Source: Eledone cirrhosa (lineage: Eukaryota). Taken from it: a DNA stretch of 64,000 nt. The notes below the pieces were generated by a model. The model was not told the DNA's origin. It ran no database searches and saw nothing but the letters and a program-made list of their open reading frames with translations. Numbering within the stretch: position 1 is the first letter of the stretch; every line of letters begins with the position of its first letter. Positions 38,782 to 51,655 of the stretch are shown here, in pieces. The position numbers were made by a program, and so were the translations under genes. Location of the stretch: positions 248,001 through 312,000 of the forward strand of contig OZ024753.1 of assembly GCA_964016885.1 (NCBI GenBank), written 5' to 3'.

Positions 38782-40700
38782 TTAAAATATTTGTTCCACA
38801 AAGTTAAGGAGGTAACCACAAGATTTACAACTGGAAAGCAAGCAAATACAATGGAGATGCAAGCAATATTTTAATATCACTGAAGCATATGATTTATTTT
38901 TAACTTGGTGTGACTGAGCAGTTCTGTGATCGTGTCGAAGGACAATAGTAAAAGAAAGAGAATGTGTGTATGTAATACAAATAACCAATGAGAATCCTCA
39001 GAGTCAATTTATAAATAAAGAGAATATACATCAGTTGATGTTAATGCAGCAAAAAAAAAAAACTGATAAGGATTATTTCTAATTAAACTACAAATTTACT
39101 GCTTTATTAAACTATTTGTTAGAGAGAAAAGCTGTTTAATTTTTCAATTGTAGTTTTAAATACATGAAAAATTGTCATACAGTTGCTACATCAAGCCCAG
39201 AGTCATTAGTAAACTCATCCTTAGAGTAAAAGAAGTTGAATTGCTTCAGCTTAGCTCAGTTCAGCTGTTTGAGCATACCTATGACAAAAGGTATTGCACC
39301 TGTAACCATTCAGTGTATAAAAAAAAACCATTGTGAACTGTTCTTCCAGTTTTAGGATTTGAAAGAAATTTCTTAGTTTTTACTAGCAGATCAAGTGAAC
39401 ACATGGTTGCTACACCAAGTTGTTAAGGCCTACGTCAGCTCTCATTGAGCAGGCCTATGGTGAAAGGTGATCCAACCACAATCATTCTATCACCTAAGTA
39501 ATCAATGCAAACAGGACCACATCATCTGATGTGCACCGAGTTTTAAGGATGACAGACAGTAATGTGAACATTTGACAGCTACTTCTAGCAGATCAAGAGA
39601 TCATATCAGTCCCCTAGCTAACTAGACCGGAGTAAGATCACATTCTAATAGTATCATCTAGTAGTTTTATGTCACATTCCAACTGTACATGCTGCCCACG
39701 TTTAACAGCTTAATAAAATACATCATCATTTGCACAAAAACAATAGTTGATATATTTCATATAGTAAGCATGAAGAATCCCAATAGAAATATTTATGTGA
39801 TGAAGAAAAGACTTCATCATACTTGCCAATACTAATTATTTTAGAGCATTGGTTGCTAAACTGATTTTGTTGCAGAACCCTGAACCCTAACACGATTTTC
39901 CAAAAATCAAAGAACTCATACCTATATTTTATGGACAATCACAATCACTTTAAATTTAATGTAGCATTACAAGAAACCAAAAATGTTTTAGAAGAATTTA
40001 TTCATATTACATATATAAAAAATTATTGAATTTTATTAAGACATAACCCAATTTGAGAAAGAATAAAGTTCAGAATAGATATTAACCAGTCAGATTATTA
40101 CAAAAACCACATTACAGGAATAGAAACAATAATTTGTATTCATTAAGAATGTTTTGAAAATTTGGTGTTTAAAAAAATATTTCTTATAATGTATGTAAAA
40201 AGATGATTGATTAAGAAAAATAAAAGGTAGATAACATACAATAGGATTCTATTGTAAGTTATATATCTTTAATTAATAAACTACTAGCACCATGGTGAAC
40301 ACCATAGAGTAAGCTCCCAGCAAACTGAAACCATAGATAATTCACTTCACTTACACTACTAAGCTTTTTGGAGAGGACCTTTGTGCCTAGTCAAAAAGTA
40401 AAGCAATATTTCATCACATCTTGCGTTAGCTGCTGCTGCAGAAGTTCCATCTTTTCCTTCGTCTTTAAGCCCCAACTACCACCTGGTGTCTGGTGATGTA
40501 TACAGAGCTTTGGCTGTGCGTAAATGGCAAGTACAGAAGCTGCAGAGAGTATGGAAAATATAAACAAGTAGAGATGTGGAATTTACCAAATCTATCATCT
40601 TTCAAGCAAAAGTAAAATTACAAGTATATATTTCATTTCCCCTACAACTTGCAAATGAATCACACTAGGCTTGTCTGCTAAAGTGATTCATAAGCACTGC

Positions 40701-40746
<46 letters not shown>

Positions 40747-42539
40747 TATATATATAATATATATATATATATATACCCACACAGCATAGCACATTCTATC
40801 TCCTCAACAACTGGTTATGTTGTTCTCCGATAAAGATTAAAAAACAATGAGACTTTTAAATATAAAGTAAATGTGCTTCTTTGATAATACATACATAATT
40901 GAAATCATAGCCTACAATTTGTTTAATAGATATTATAATTGTGACTGAATACCATTCTAAAATAACACTAACAGGCTTATTTTAATAATCTCGTAGTTTC
41001 ACTTGGTGCATACATAAGTACTAAAGAGTTCTTTCTGATTGCACTAAAGTTTTGTAAAGTGTAAACCTTGGATCCCTCTCACCCACCAACTTAAAACTGC
41101 TACATTTATACTACAATGTAACCACAAGGAATCATCATCATCATCATAGTGGCTAACGTCCACTTTCCACGCTAGCATGGGTTAGACAATATAAAATAAA
41201 TCCTTAAAATGGAATAACAAGAATTAATTTATATTGTTACAAAATGAAAGGCAACAAGCACTTTTATATTCTAGAATTAGAATTAATTAGATTAATTTAG
41301 AGAACTTAACAGTAATTAGTCATATAAAATTACTAATTATAACATCTGTAGGTGGTGGAACCACTGCACCTACTTCCTCTTACTGAACAAGCTGTTGCTG
41401 TAGAAAAATTACAGTAACAAGTGGTCCTGCTCAATAATTGATAGAGTTCAGTATTATATATATTGGTAGGGTTAACAAAATGGCAGTGAAAGTAGGGACC
41501 TAAATGATACCAAGAGCACTGACATAAGCAGTGCACTCAATGAAACATGAAAAACCTACAAATTATTAATGGTTGTTGTTTAGTCCCAGGTCATCTGTGA
41601 ACCAGCAAATCATTGATCAAAGGCATCTAAGCCATAACCATTGTTTGTTTTTTTAAAGATTATATTACCTAATGTACCTTTTCCTTTTTAAAGTTGCAAA
41701 GACTAAGCCAGTTGGGTAACAATGCAGAGAAACCCAGTTGTTGGTTGTGAAAATGTGACGACCTGGTAAAGAACGGGTTGAGGGGCCAAAATAAAGTTGT
41801 ACCTAACATATTTGACCCAAGCTCCTGCTCTCTTTTATCAGTTTAGGCCTATTTCCTCACCCAAGTTCTTATTTTCTCTCTCTCCTTTCACAAGACCTGT
41901 TATACCTCTAATGTTAATATGATAAAAACATGTGAAAATGCCATGAACCTGAGGTAGACGTAGTTAAGGTGTTTCCAAACATACATTTGCAGAAAAAGCA
42001 AAACAAAAAAAAAAAAAAACCAGAGAGTTCATGATAGAAACACTTTATTATCATTTACAAAACTATGGTAGATACTAGAATGGAATTTTAAACAAGACGA
42101 CTACATAACATGAAAGCACAATGAAGAAATTTATAAAATGAAGAAAAAAAAAAATTATCATTACAATAACAGCTTATATTAATGTGGACATAATTATTTT
42201 TAGGTGTCAGCAAGCAATTTTCATCAAATTATCAATGATTTTCAATATATATGGTTGGCTTTGCTTAACTGCTGCAGTGCAGAGCTATTATTTTATCAAC
42301 AGAGACAAAAATAAAGTAAATACTGCTAGATGTTCAATAAGATGCTGTCTATTTTTGCAAACACTCAAATAATTAGATGAAGTTATTGGAGAAAAGCCTC
42401 ATTTGAAATAAGCATTCCTGTGATCTAGCACCGAAGGCAAACGTACATACATACATACAAAAAACACAGAGGCCCATAAGAAAATCCTAGACACAAGTCA
42501 ACCAACCTGTAGTCATTAAGCTTTATTCATAACAAAATG

Positions 42540-43520
42540 AAGCCCATTTCGAAAGCAAATGGCAACGCAAGTGGAGCTGAATGCTGTAATGTCAGGGAAG
42601 AGACCAGGAAATATCATTCCGAACAGTAGCCTGAAGTATTTTCATGTTCCACATACGATCAGAAGTGGCATTATATGCCGTGGTGAAGCTATAGATGGGA
42701 GTGGAGTACTCACGCATAGAAATACACGTTCGCAAAAAACTATTACGCACATACGCCAACACTAACAATATTTCTTCAGAAATGGAAACCCCTTTTAAGA
42801 AACTATTTCCAAGACAGTCTGCCTATCATGATTATCTAAGCCGAGAATCTACGTTGAAGCTAACATTGCAAGGCAGACAAACTAAACTTTAGACAATTTC
42901 ACAACGTGTGCCAACGAATAAGGATATATTGATGTATTAAAAGAAAATCAATATGGTCACCTTGACACACAACCAAGGTATAACGTTAATCAGATTGACA
43001 CAGACATTACACCAACAACTAGACACAAACACATAACTTAATTGGATTGTATAGGCTATATTCATGCAGACTGCACACGTACACATGCCATGCGGTATAT
43101 ATAAACCAATGACCCAACAAAACAGAAACAAGGTTTGAAACATAACCAATAAATATAGAAACCCGGGAAAACTTCCCGGTGTTATCAATGAATTAATATT
43201 AGTACTAAGCAAACGTAGTTTGTAAAGAGCTTAACTTTTACAGCATTCGATAATCACAAACAAGGTCTCGATTTTCATGAATTTTAACCTTGAAAACACT
43301 AGCCCGACACTGACCTCCAAGACAATTGTATAAAAGTTTAAAATGAAAGTACCAACCAACTGGGATACTAACAGATGGCTATTCGACGTCGAAACATGAA
43401 AATAAAAGGATATTTTTTTATAAGATGTCCACACAACTATAATGTTTAATATAATTATTGCAGAAATAAACCAACAGAAACAAAGAAGAGATAGCAGAAA
43501 CTGAGGTACGATAGTGGGGC
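42540..43520 (+). mobile_element. Possible heavily decayed Ty3/gypsy pol remnant (RNase H/integrase)
   Basis: Only fragmentary resemblances (GVEYSR; PDTLTS.DN-like across frameshifts); many stops. Confidence 0.3.
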
Positions 43521-44129
43521 TCAACAGATCATTGTTAGATTTAACAGTATAGTGAAGACCTCTTTCCCATCGGGTTAATATTTCACATAGCTAATTGAAA
43601 TTACGTGTGTAACAGACTAGTAAGTTGGTTTATTTTAGTACTGGAAGGAAATATATAAGTTCTTTTCGAAATGGCCATATTTTAAACATGATTTTATCAC
43701 ACCGTCAAACAGGCAAGGACAAACAACATCTAGTGTAGAGTTACTTCTATGTGGTTTGTTCATGGCAGCTAAATCTTCAACGAGATAATGTAGTCCTGAC
43801 CACATTCAACTATAAACAAAGACGGAATTATCACGGCATGAACGCCTTTAATCATAAGAATGGTCAACTAAGACAGACATTGACAACGAAAGGTCAATAG
43901 CGAAGAATGCAGCTTAAAAACGAAGCATGGCAATCAAAAATCGACAGAATGAAGAAAACTGAGAAGCTGAAGTAAAAAGGCTTATTTTATTACAAAAAAA
44001 TACGAGAGTTTACCCAGTTACACTCACACACATACATCGCTCTATATGTTTAAAGTAGCAGCCAACCTCACTTCAGTTTAAAATGAGTGTGAGCATTATT
44101 AATCCTTGAAGTTTGAAGACTGCCACCTA

Positions 44130-44465
44130 CACCTGCCCTAATATGTCACCTGTCTCTTGGTCCCGGTCGACAGGATGGAGAAGACATTGTCCCGGGGGAC
44201 GGCGAGAGAGACGCGCTGGAACAACCAACTCCAATCCGATAACAGGGTGTGATCTGAGGGTCAAGAACGCTGGAAGTCTCCACTGTTACAGACTCAACCA
44301 CAAACCTATCAGATAGCGGCCGATATTTGGACAGTTTGCCTTCTTGGGCAAGGCGGGTAGCGAAGCCTGGGTTGGTAGCCGATGTCGCATCTCCGATGAG
44401 GGGCCTACTCTCGCGGAACGAGAAGATTGTCATGCCGTCCGGCCTTTTGTCGTCCCTTTGAGCCA
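44130..44465 (-). mobile_element. Decayed CRE-like endonuclease fragment in ODC intron 1
   Basis: ORF DDKRPDGMTIFSFR...KYRPLSDRFVVESVTVETSSVL. Confidence 0.75.
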
Positions 44466-45933
44466 TGCTTTACTCAAATCCAAATCACAACCTTCTTCGC
44501 TCAGTTATCTCTCGGAGAAGAGACATCAGACACGCCTTCCAGAGGGCCCTATCAGAAGCAACCATCTCCAACCAAGCTCATGAATGTTATCCAACTATCT
44601 TGCTGATAGTTTTTTCATGAATCTCCTGTCGGTTGGCTTTGTTCGTAAAATCTGTCCAATGACAGTCTAACCACATGTCTGTAGTACCGGAACTCTTATG
44701 ATCTCTCCATCTCAAAAGATGGTCATTGTTGGAATGTTTTTTTAAAATAAGTCTACTCGACCAAAACTGAACGATCTATATATATATATATATATATATA
44801 AGGGCATCCAGCCGTAGAAACCAAGCCAGAAACAGTTCTGCATGTGCAAGACACGGTCACCGGACCCAACTTGCCTCAATCGACACAACCCATCTAACCC
44901 ATGCTAGCGTGGAAAAAGGGACGTTAAACGGTGATAATGACACACACACACACCAACAACAGAAAGTTAACACGACCGACACTCAATATAAGCAGGTGGT
45001 AGTACTAGTGATTGCCACGTGTGGTATCAGAGATATAAATATGTTAGTAAAAAAAACAGCCACACTACTAATTCATGAGTGACAGAATTAGAACAGTGAC
45101 GGTATAAAACAAAAAAAAAACAAAAATATTCGTGAAATTGTAGATATATCGGCGATTCCAATACGAGAGGACACCGACCCGCTAGGAATAAAAATCTGAA
45201 AAATATTAGGTGGGATGGTCACGACCGGATTCATAACATGATTCAATCAGAGGCAAAATAACCCGGACGTTGGGTCGTATTCAGAATTTATATATATATA
45301 TATATATCACCGGGATTAAATAACAAACAACAAATTATTTACCAATATGTCCCAATATCTCAATTCCAAAAATATAGTCTATACAGGGTGTCCTCAAAAA
45401 ATGTATACACACTTTGATTACCTGTACAGTCAATATTTATTAAAATGCTATTGAAGTGTGTATACAGTTTTGGGAGGTTGAGATTCGACCACGAGATATA
45501 ATTTGAGTAGCTAAATAGGTGTTATCATGGGTCAAGCCCATATGTAAAAAAAAAAAACAACAACAACAAAAAACCCTGTCTGCATGCGGTTACTCGACAT
45601 GTTTAAATTGTAACCAAATTCTCCCGCAAATCACACCCCACGGTCTTCAGTAATGAACACAAGATTAGATAAGACAGGATGATCACGGCTGGAACGTTTT
45701 TGATCATAGCTCTGCTCGATCAAAGCTGGTCAGAGGATAAACAATAAGTCAAACAAAAGATGTAACTATATAGACTGGTCAACCGCTTATTGTTTATCTC
45801 CTGGTCAATACTATAGCAAACTTGTTAATTATAATTTAAAGATTTCTTTTCATCACTATAGACAAAATTTTGCAGAATGAACTGATTGCTGCCCATGGAA
45901 ATACTGCAAACCAAGCAGTGTCTACACGTGAAC

Positions 45934-45977
<44 letters not shown>

Positions 45978-48900
45978 TGAAGCTAATACGTATATTATAA
46001 CAAGAGTGACCCCTGTGAATACAAGCGAGCTTCAAAATCAAAAGGGCAGAAAACGCAGACAAGAGAATAACATTCCTATAAGGCAGAGAGATGTGAATTA
46101 ATTATAAGACTACGCAATAGGATAAAGCTAATTATCTTAATAATGATAACAGGAGTAAAATCTTTATGAAAATCAACCGAGTATTTATATTTTGTACACA
46201 GTATACGGTATACCATACATATAAATAATATATGTACTATTTACAAAAAAACAACAACATACAATATATATCTAACCAGCGGTATAGGCTCTACGTAGTC
46301 ACTCGACTTGCTAGATGAAGCAGCTACATCGCCCTCAAATTACACCCCACCGTCTTAAAGGGTACACTGAACAATTTTGTCCATGATTTACAAAATGGAC
46401 AACACTGGAACTCACTTGACCCTGGGTCTGTTGGTTTATATTGACCAGAGGCTAAAATACGTATATATTAATTATTTAGGTCCAAGAAAGCTTGAGTGAG
46501 TAGATCTATAATCAAAGATGTTCCTACCATGACTATTTTATTCAGACGCATTAAGTGTTACATTGTCCTACATATCCCCACTTTTTAAAATAGTTTAACG
46601 TTCTCCTTCGCAGGCAATCGGAGAGATCAACAAATCCAAGTTGATGGCTGCACGGGGTTCACGTTCTGATCTGGATTGGACTGCGATTTACTGCGAAGCC
46701 TGAATCTGAACGAGGACACTATGGGCGACAGGCGAGTCGATCAGACCCGAGTAGCGGTGACACAGATCAGCCAATTCCCCACCAAAAAATAGAGACCATT
46801 ATAGTAGCGGTAGAAGAGGCAAGGGTGCAATTTGGGGGTAATGTAGCTACTATTTCAAGCAAGTCGAGCGACCACGGAGAGGCTTCCATGTTGGGTCAAT
46901 GATTATATTTATCCATAATCATGTCCACTCCAACACAAGTTTGCACATGGCCTTCATATAGCCCAAGCAAAGTTATGAAAAGACTTCGACACTCTCAGTC
47001 AGTCCAGATTAATACCTGTAAAATGAGATAAAGCTATACTACACATCACTTTAGTATTAAAAACGATAAAAAAAAAACAGCAACCTTAAATCAATAATTC
47101 AGTCCCAACTAGCCTGGGAGCTGCTAAGTAATAATACAAACATCACTGCCAACTGCAATATTCTAACATCCACGATGAAATGATTTATCAGGACTCACGC
47201 TATATAGTATTAAGTCTATGGAATCTATTTACACCAGACAGACATTGGCTGTTGAGTAACAGGCAATGTCTGTGGAGTAACAGACTTTCACAGGTTGTAA
47301 GATGTTGGTTGTCAAGGAAACAGTAAAATTGCAGTTAACGGAGGTGTATTCCTCAGACGTGCTTACAAATTCTATCTTACTATACTACAGGCCATAGTAA
47401 GTAAGGTGTACACAGTACACATTGCTGTAAGCTGAAATAAGGATTACTGCTTCATCAACAACTACTAATTAGACATGGAGAAGAGAAAGATAGGCAACTT
47501 ATACAGTGACGATTCAGATTACTACTGCAGGCGATGGACTAATTAAATATTGTAAAATAATCCTGATATTTATTATTGAGGGAGCTTTCTACAAACGGTA
47601 CAAGTGGAATTATTTACCCCTAAGCTGAGCCTTTCACAGCAGGTTTGTCAGAGTTGGGGAGAGCTATTCAATTGATAAAAACATGTAGTAGGGGAAAGCT
47701 TTAATACCCACATAAGGGCACCCACCGATTATAAGCTATTCAGTGAGATGAAGGGAAGGGCGATTCGTACAAGATAAATTAGGACAAGAAGGCAAACAGA
47801 CCAGTTGGATCTCATTCATAACTTCTAACAATAGACAGTAAGAAAAAAAAAATGTTTCTTCATTGGGTAGCTGAAGTGGTACTGAAGAGGGGGACTAGAT
47901 TTTGAAGTAGAGATGGTAAAGAGACATTAGTACAAGGCTGTAAAAGGGGACGTATATACTAAACTAATTTACACACAGTAGGAAACTTAACATTTTCAAG
48001 TGTTTAATACTTCAGAGATTTATTCATCCACCTGCCTCCTCCTTTCAGCCCAAATATAGTTTGCTGATATAGATACACACATATATCTAACAAAATGGTG
48101 TAAAAAAGAATGAAATAAAGCTGGTTTAATCCGTGCAAAATGGATACCACCATAAAGGAATGTCTGCAGAGAGATGAGGGACAGTTAGCAGTGATTCAAA
48201 GAGAAAAACTCACAGTAAATGAGTAATTAAGATAATCATAACGTGGTAGATAGGCATTAGTAATACAATATAAATAATTGTAGTTGATTAGCGTATATTT
48301 CAAACTATCATCCCCCGCAACATTTATTGTTGGAATATCTGATGATGACAGCAAATAAAATTAGCTATTTATTGAGGCCTTTCCCTAATCAACGAACAGA
48401 TAATAACAATGATATATAGGTTGACGTAAATAGAATTCGCTATCCGAATCACAGATTAGGAAAATTGAAAACGACATGTGATGAAATAATGGCGACTGGT
48501 CCATGCGTAGTTAGTGCAAACAACATAAGACGGAGTGGAAAATGGAAATTTCGGAGAGATTGGAATACATCAACAATTCTATTTATATACTACAAGCGTT
48601 AAAAGAGCCAACCAACAACTGTTATATTAAAATGTATTATATATATATAGAGAGAGATTAATATGAAAGGCGTTCTAATGTGTTAAAATGTATGATGAGG
48701 ATGGAGGTGAAACTGAATCATGTAACCGACCACCATCTCTATAACAACAACTACTACTAACGTTACTATAATCATTCAGCCATTAGAACAAAAACGAGTC
48801 CAAATATGACAAACGGCCTTTAAAAATACTGTCATGTTATAAAAACCTTGTTCAGGAAGTATATTTTATTTGCTTCTTCATCCACTGCTGCCATAACCAA

Positions 48901-50028
48901 AGTATCAATAGTATGTTGTTAAACTAAAATTCCACTGAGAAACGAAACATTACTAGAGGCTAAAGTATAACCAAACAGCCTTTAAAAATACAGATGGTGA
49001 CAGTCTGAAAGACAAGAGTGGCAATGGCACTAACAGCATCTTTAGTTAGGTATAGTAGTAGCAGTATAGTTAGTGGTAATAAGAACATATGAACATAGTA
49101 GTAAATGTCTATATATAGCCAAACAGTGGGTAACACCATGGTGAGAGGTAGATAGACACACAGACAGACTAGACTAGACTAGACAATCTGACAATACACC
49201 ATTGACAAAAAGAGTGTGCGAGTGTGGCAAAGATAGACATTAAAAGATAATGATGGTACTAATGATTTCTAGATAATATAAAATGCGTTCTGCACAAATA
49301 CACACACATATATATATATATAAATTTATATTTAGATGCGTTTTCTAAATGAGTGTGTATATCTTGTCTCCTCTCTTCTTGCAGAAGAGAGAGAAAAAAA
49401 CTAAGATTAGGCACTCATAAAAATAAGAACCAGCAATGAAAATCAATAATACTAAATGGCTACGTTGACAGGGAGAGAGAAGGCAGCTTTTAGCAATTAC
49501 AATCTGACCGATCACACATACACAAATATAGATCTTACATACATGTCTGTCTCACAGATACGGATAAATTGTTTTTCTCGTCAGTGACAAAAATATTACT
49601 GCAAACAAAAAACTAAAACGAACATATATCATCTAATGACCTGTTGAAGATATTGTATTTCATTATTTAGCTAGAAAACCCCCCAGCTATATATATATAT
49701 ATATATATCGCACGTGGGGTATGGTATATCATATGTAATTATATATTATATACATACTTCGCATATGTGGGCATATCATGTTTATATATATAAACTTAAT
49801 TGATGTATTTTATACACGCGACCGTTATATTACATTGTAATCTATATCTATATATATATATGTGTGTATATATAGACACTAACGTATGCACGTAAATCTC
49901 AAATTACATGTTTAATCCAAAACAAGATTGCTGTTTATGGATCAATTCAATGGAATACGTATTTGTCTATAAGGTATTTTACATTAGGGAGTCACAAAAT
50001 TAATTCATTACGTAGAGGTCGAACTGTA

Positions 50029-50085
<57 letters not shown>

Positions 50086-50645
50086 ATATATATATATATA
50101 TATAAATGATGATGATATATATAGTGTGTGTGTGTGTGTGCGAGCGAGATAGGACAGTAAAATACTGGGCAATTGATAGAAATTTTCAATATTACTGCAG
50201 TCTACGTGTATGCATGTGCGTAGTTGTTTAGCCACAGGTCAGTCTTGATCGAGCTAACGTGTGATCAAAGGCGTTTCAGCCGTGACCATCTCGGTCGTTT
50301 GTATATTTACAACTAAGCTGCTCAATGTATCTTCTTTTTTTTTTCTTTCAAAAACGGAATGGTGTGCTGATAGAGATTTGGCTGCTATTTCTAGTAAATC
50401 AAGCGACTACGCAGAGGCTACTACCACGTATGTGGTCAGTAGTAACACAATTAAGACTTAATAAATTAGTATTTCGTTGGTTACACGAGACTTTGTGTGT
50501 CCAGCAGGAGATAAGACAATATAGATTATATAATGCCACCGGATGTGTGGTCAGCAACAGCACAAATTAGCTATTCCAAGTGTACTACGTGTATATGTTG
50601 TACAGCTAAGTGTGTGTGTGTATGTGTATATATATACACACACAT

Positions 50646-50745
50646 ACAAAGTGTCCCCCATAAATGTATACACACTTCAACAGCATTCTAATAAACATTG
50701 CCTGTACAGGTAACCAAAGTGTGTATACATTTTGGGGGACACCTT
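50646..50745. mobile_element. Short Tc1/mariner-type MITE; copies at about 32005-32093 and 45381-45475
   Basis: TA-flanked cagggtgtcccc-like TIRs and a shared core attacctgtacaggcaatatttattagaatgctgttg. Confidence 0.55.
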
Positions 50746-51444
50746 ATATATATATATAGATACATATATATATATATGGTAATGTGAGGTATATATGTAT
50801 GTACGTATATAATATATCAATCAGGCTAATAATCAATAAGCAAGACGTTGAATGATGATTTTTTAGTCTGATAAAATACTGTACAAGTAGCAGATATTTA
50901 GGTTTGAGTAATGGGAGTTATGTAATGGTAAATAGAGGATTGTTTAAAAAAAAATCTGAGATATATACTACAACAACTGAGTATATAAACAGGAATGAGT
51001 CTCTACGATTAGAAATAGCAGCCAAATATTCCAAAATCACCTTTCCATCTTTATATAAAAAACAAAGGACATATTGGAACTTGAACATGTAGACTAGACA
51101 GATGTAAAAAAAAAAGACGGGTTGATCACACCTTTGGCCTTGCTAAATCAGGGTTGATGATAGGAAGCTAAACAACAGATGGCCGAATATAACAATAACT
51201 ATGTAAGACTTTGAACCCCAGGCTGCAGACAATATCAACAATCATACATAACAGACAGCTTCAATATAGGTTTCATTAACATGTAGACACACACTCATTT
51301 AGAGAAAGATATATAAAAAAAAAAAATGAGTAAGAAAAGTGACTAAGCTTTATGTTAGCAAGAACCGTTAAGTGAAGTAACGGTTTAATTAATATACACA
51401 GATATTTAAATAAAATATATTATTTACTGATCATATATATTTAC

Positions 51445-51492
51445 CTGAACAGAAGCTCCACAACCGTTCTCCTTACTGTTTTTCCCCGGAAT
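51445..51492 (-). CDS. AUU-initiated uORF (uCC), part 1: ATT CCG GGG AAA ... GTT CAG = IPGKNSKENGCGASVQ
   Basis: gcaagATTccg start context, 16 open codons, phase-0 donor CAG|gtaaat; joins in frame to the PPW exon. Confidence 0.75.
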
Positions 51493-51508
51493 CTTGCTGA
51501 TTGTGGGG

Positions 51509-51526
51509 CTAACACATGTAAAGCAT
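51509..51526 (-). CDS. Minimal AUG uORF MLYMC* in leader exon 1
   Basis: ATG CTT TAC ATG TGT TAG, ending 16 nt before the uCC AUU; real only if the TSS at about 51622 is correct. Confidence 0.45.
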   Translation of the reverse strand: MLYMC

Positions 51527-51617
51527 AATAGAGCCAAAGGAAAAAACCGACACACCGGCGTTAGAAAGTTTAGTGTAATTGAATGACTTCCTAAGCAGCT
51601 TTCAGTGTGACACCGGT

Positions 51618-51655
51618 GAAATAGACAGCTTTCTACTAATGGCGAACTTTATATA
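51618..51655 (-). promoter_or_regulatory. Putative ODC core promoter: TATA box plus initiator (TSS about 51622)
   Basis: TATATAAAG at 51655-51647; YYANWYY-type CTATTTC with its A 31 nt downstream of TATAAA; locally CpG-containing; immediately upstream of the uCC exon. Confidence 0.6.
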
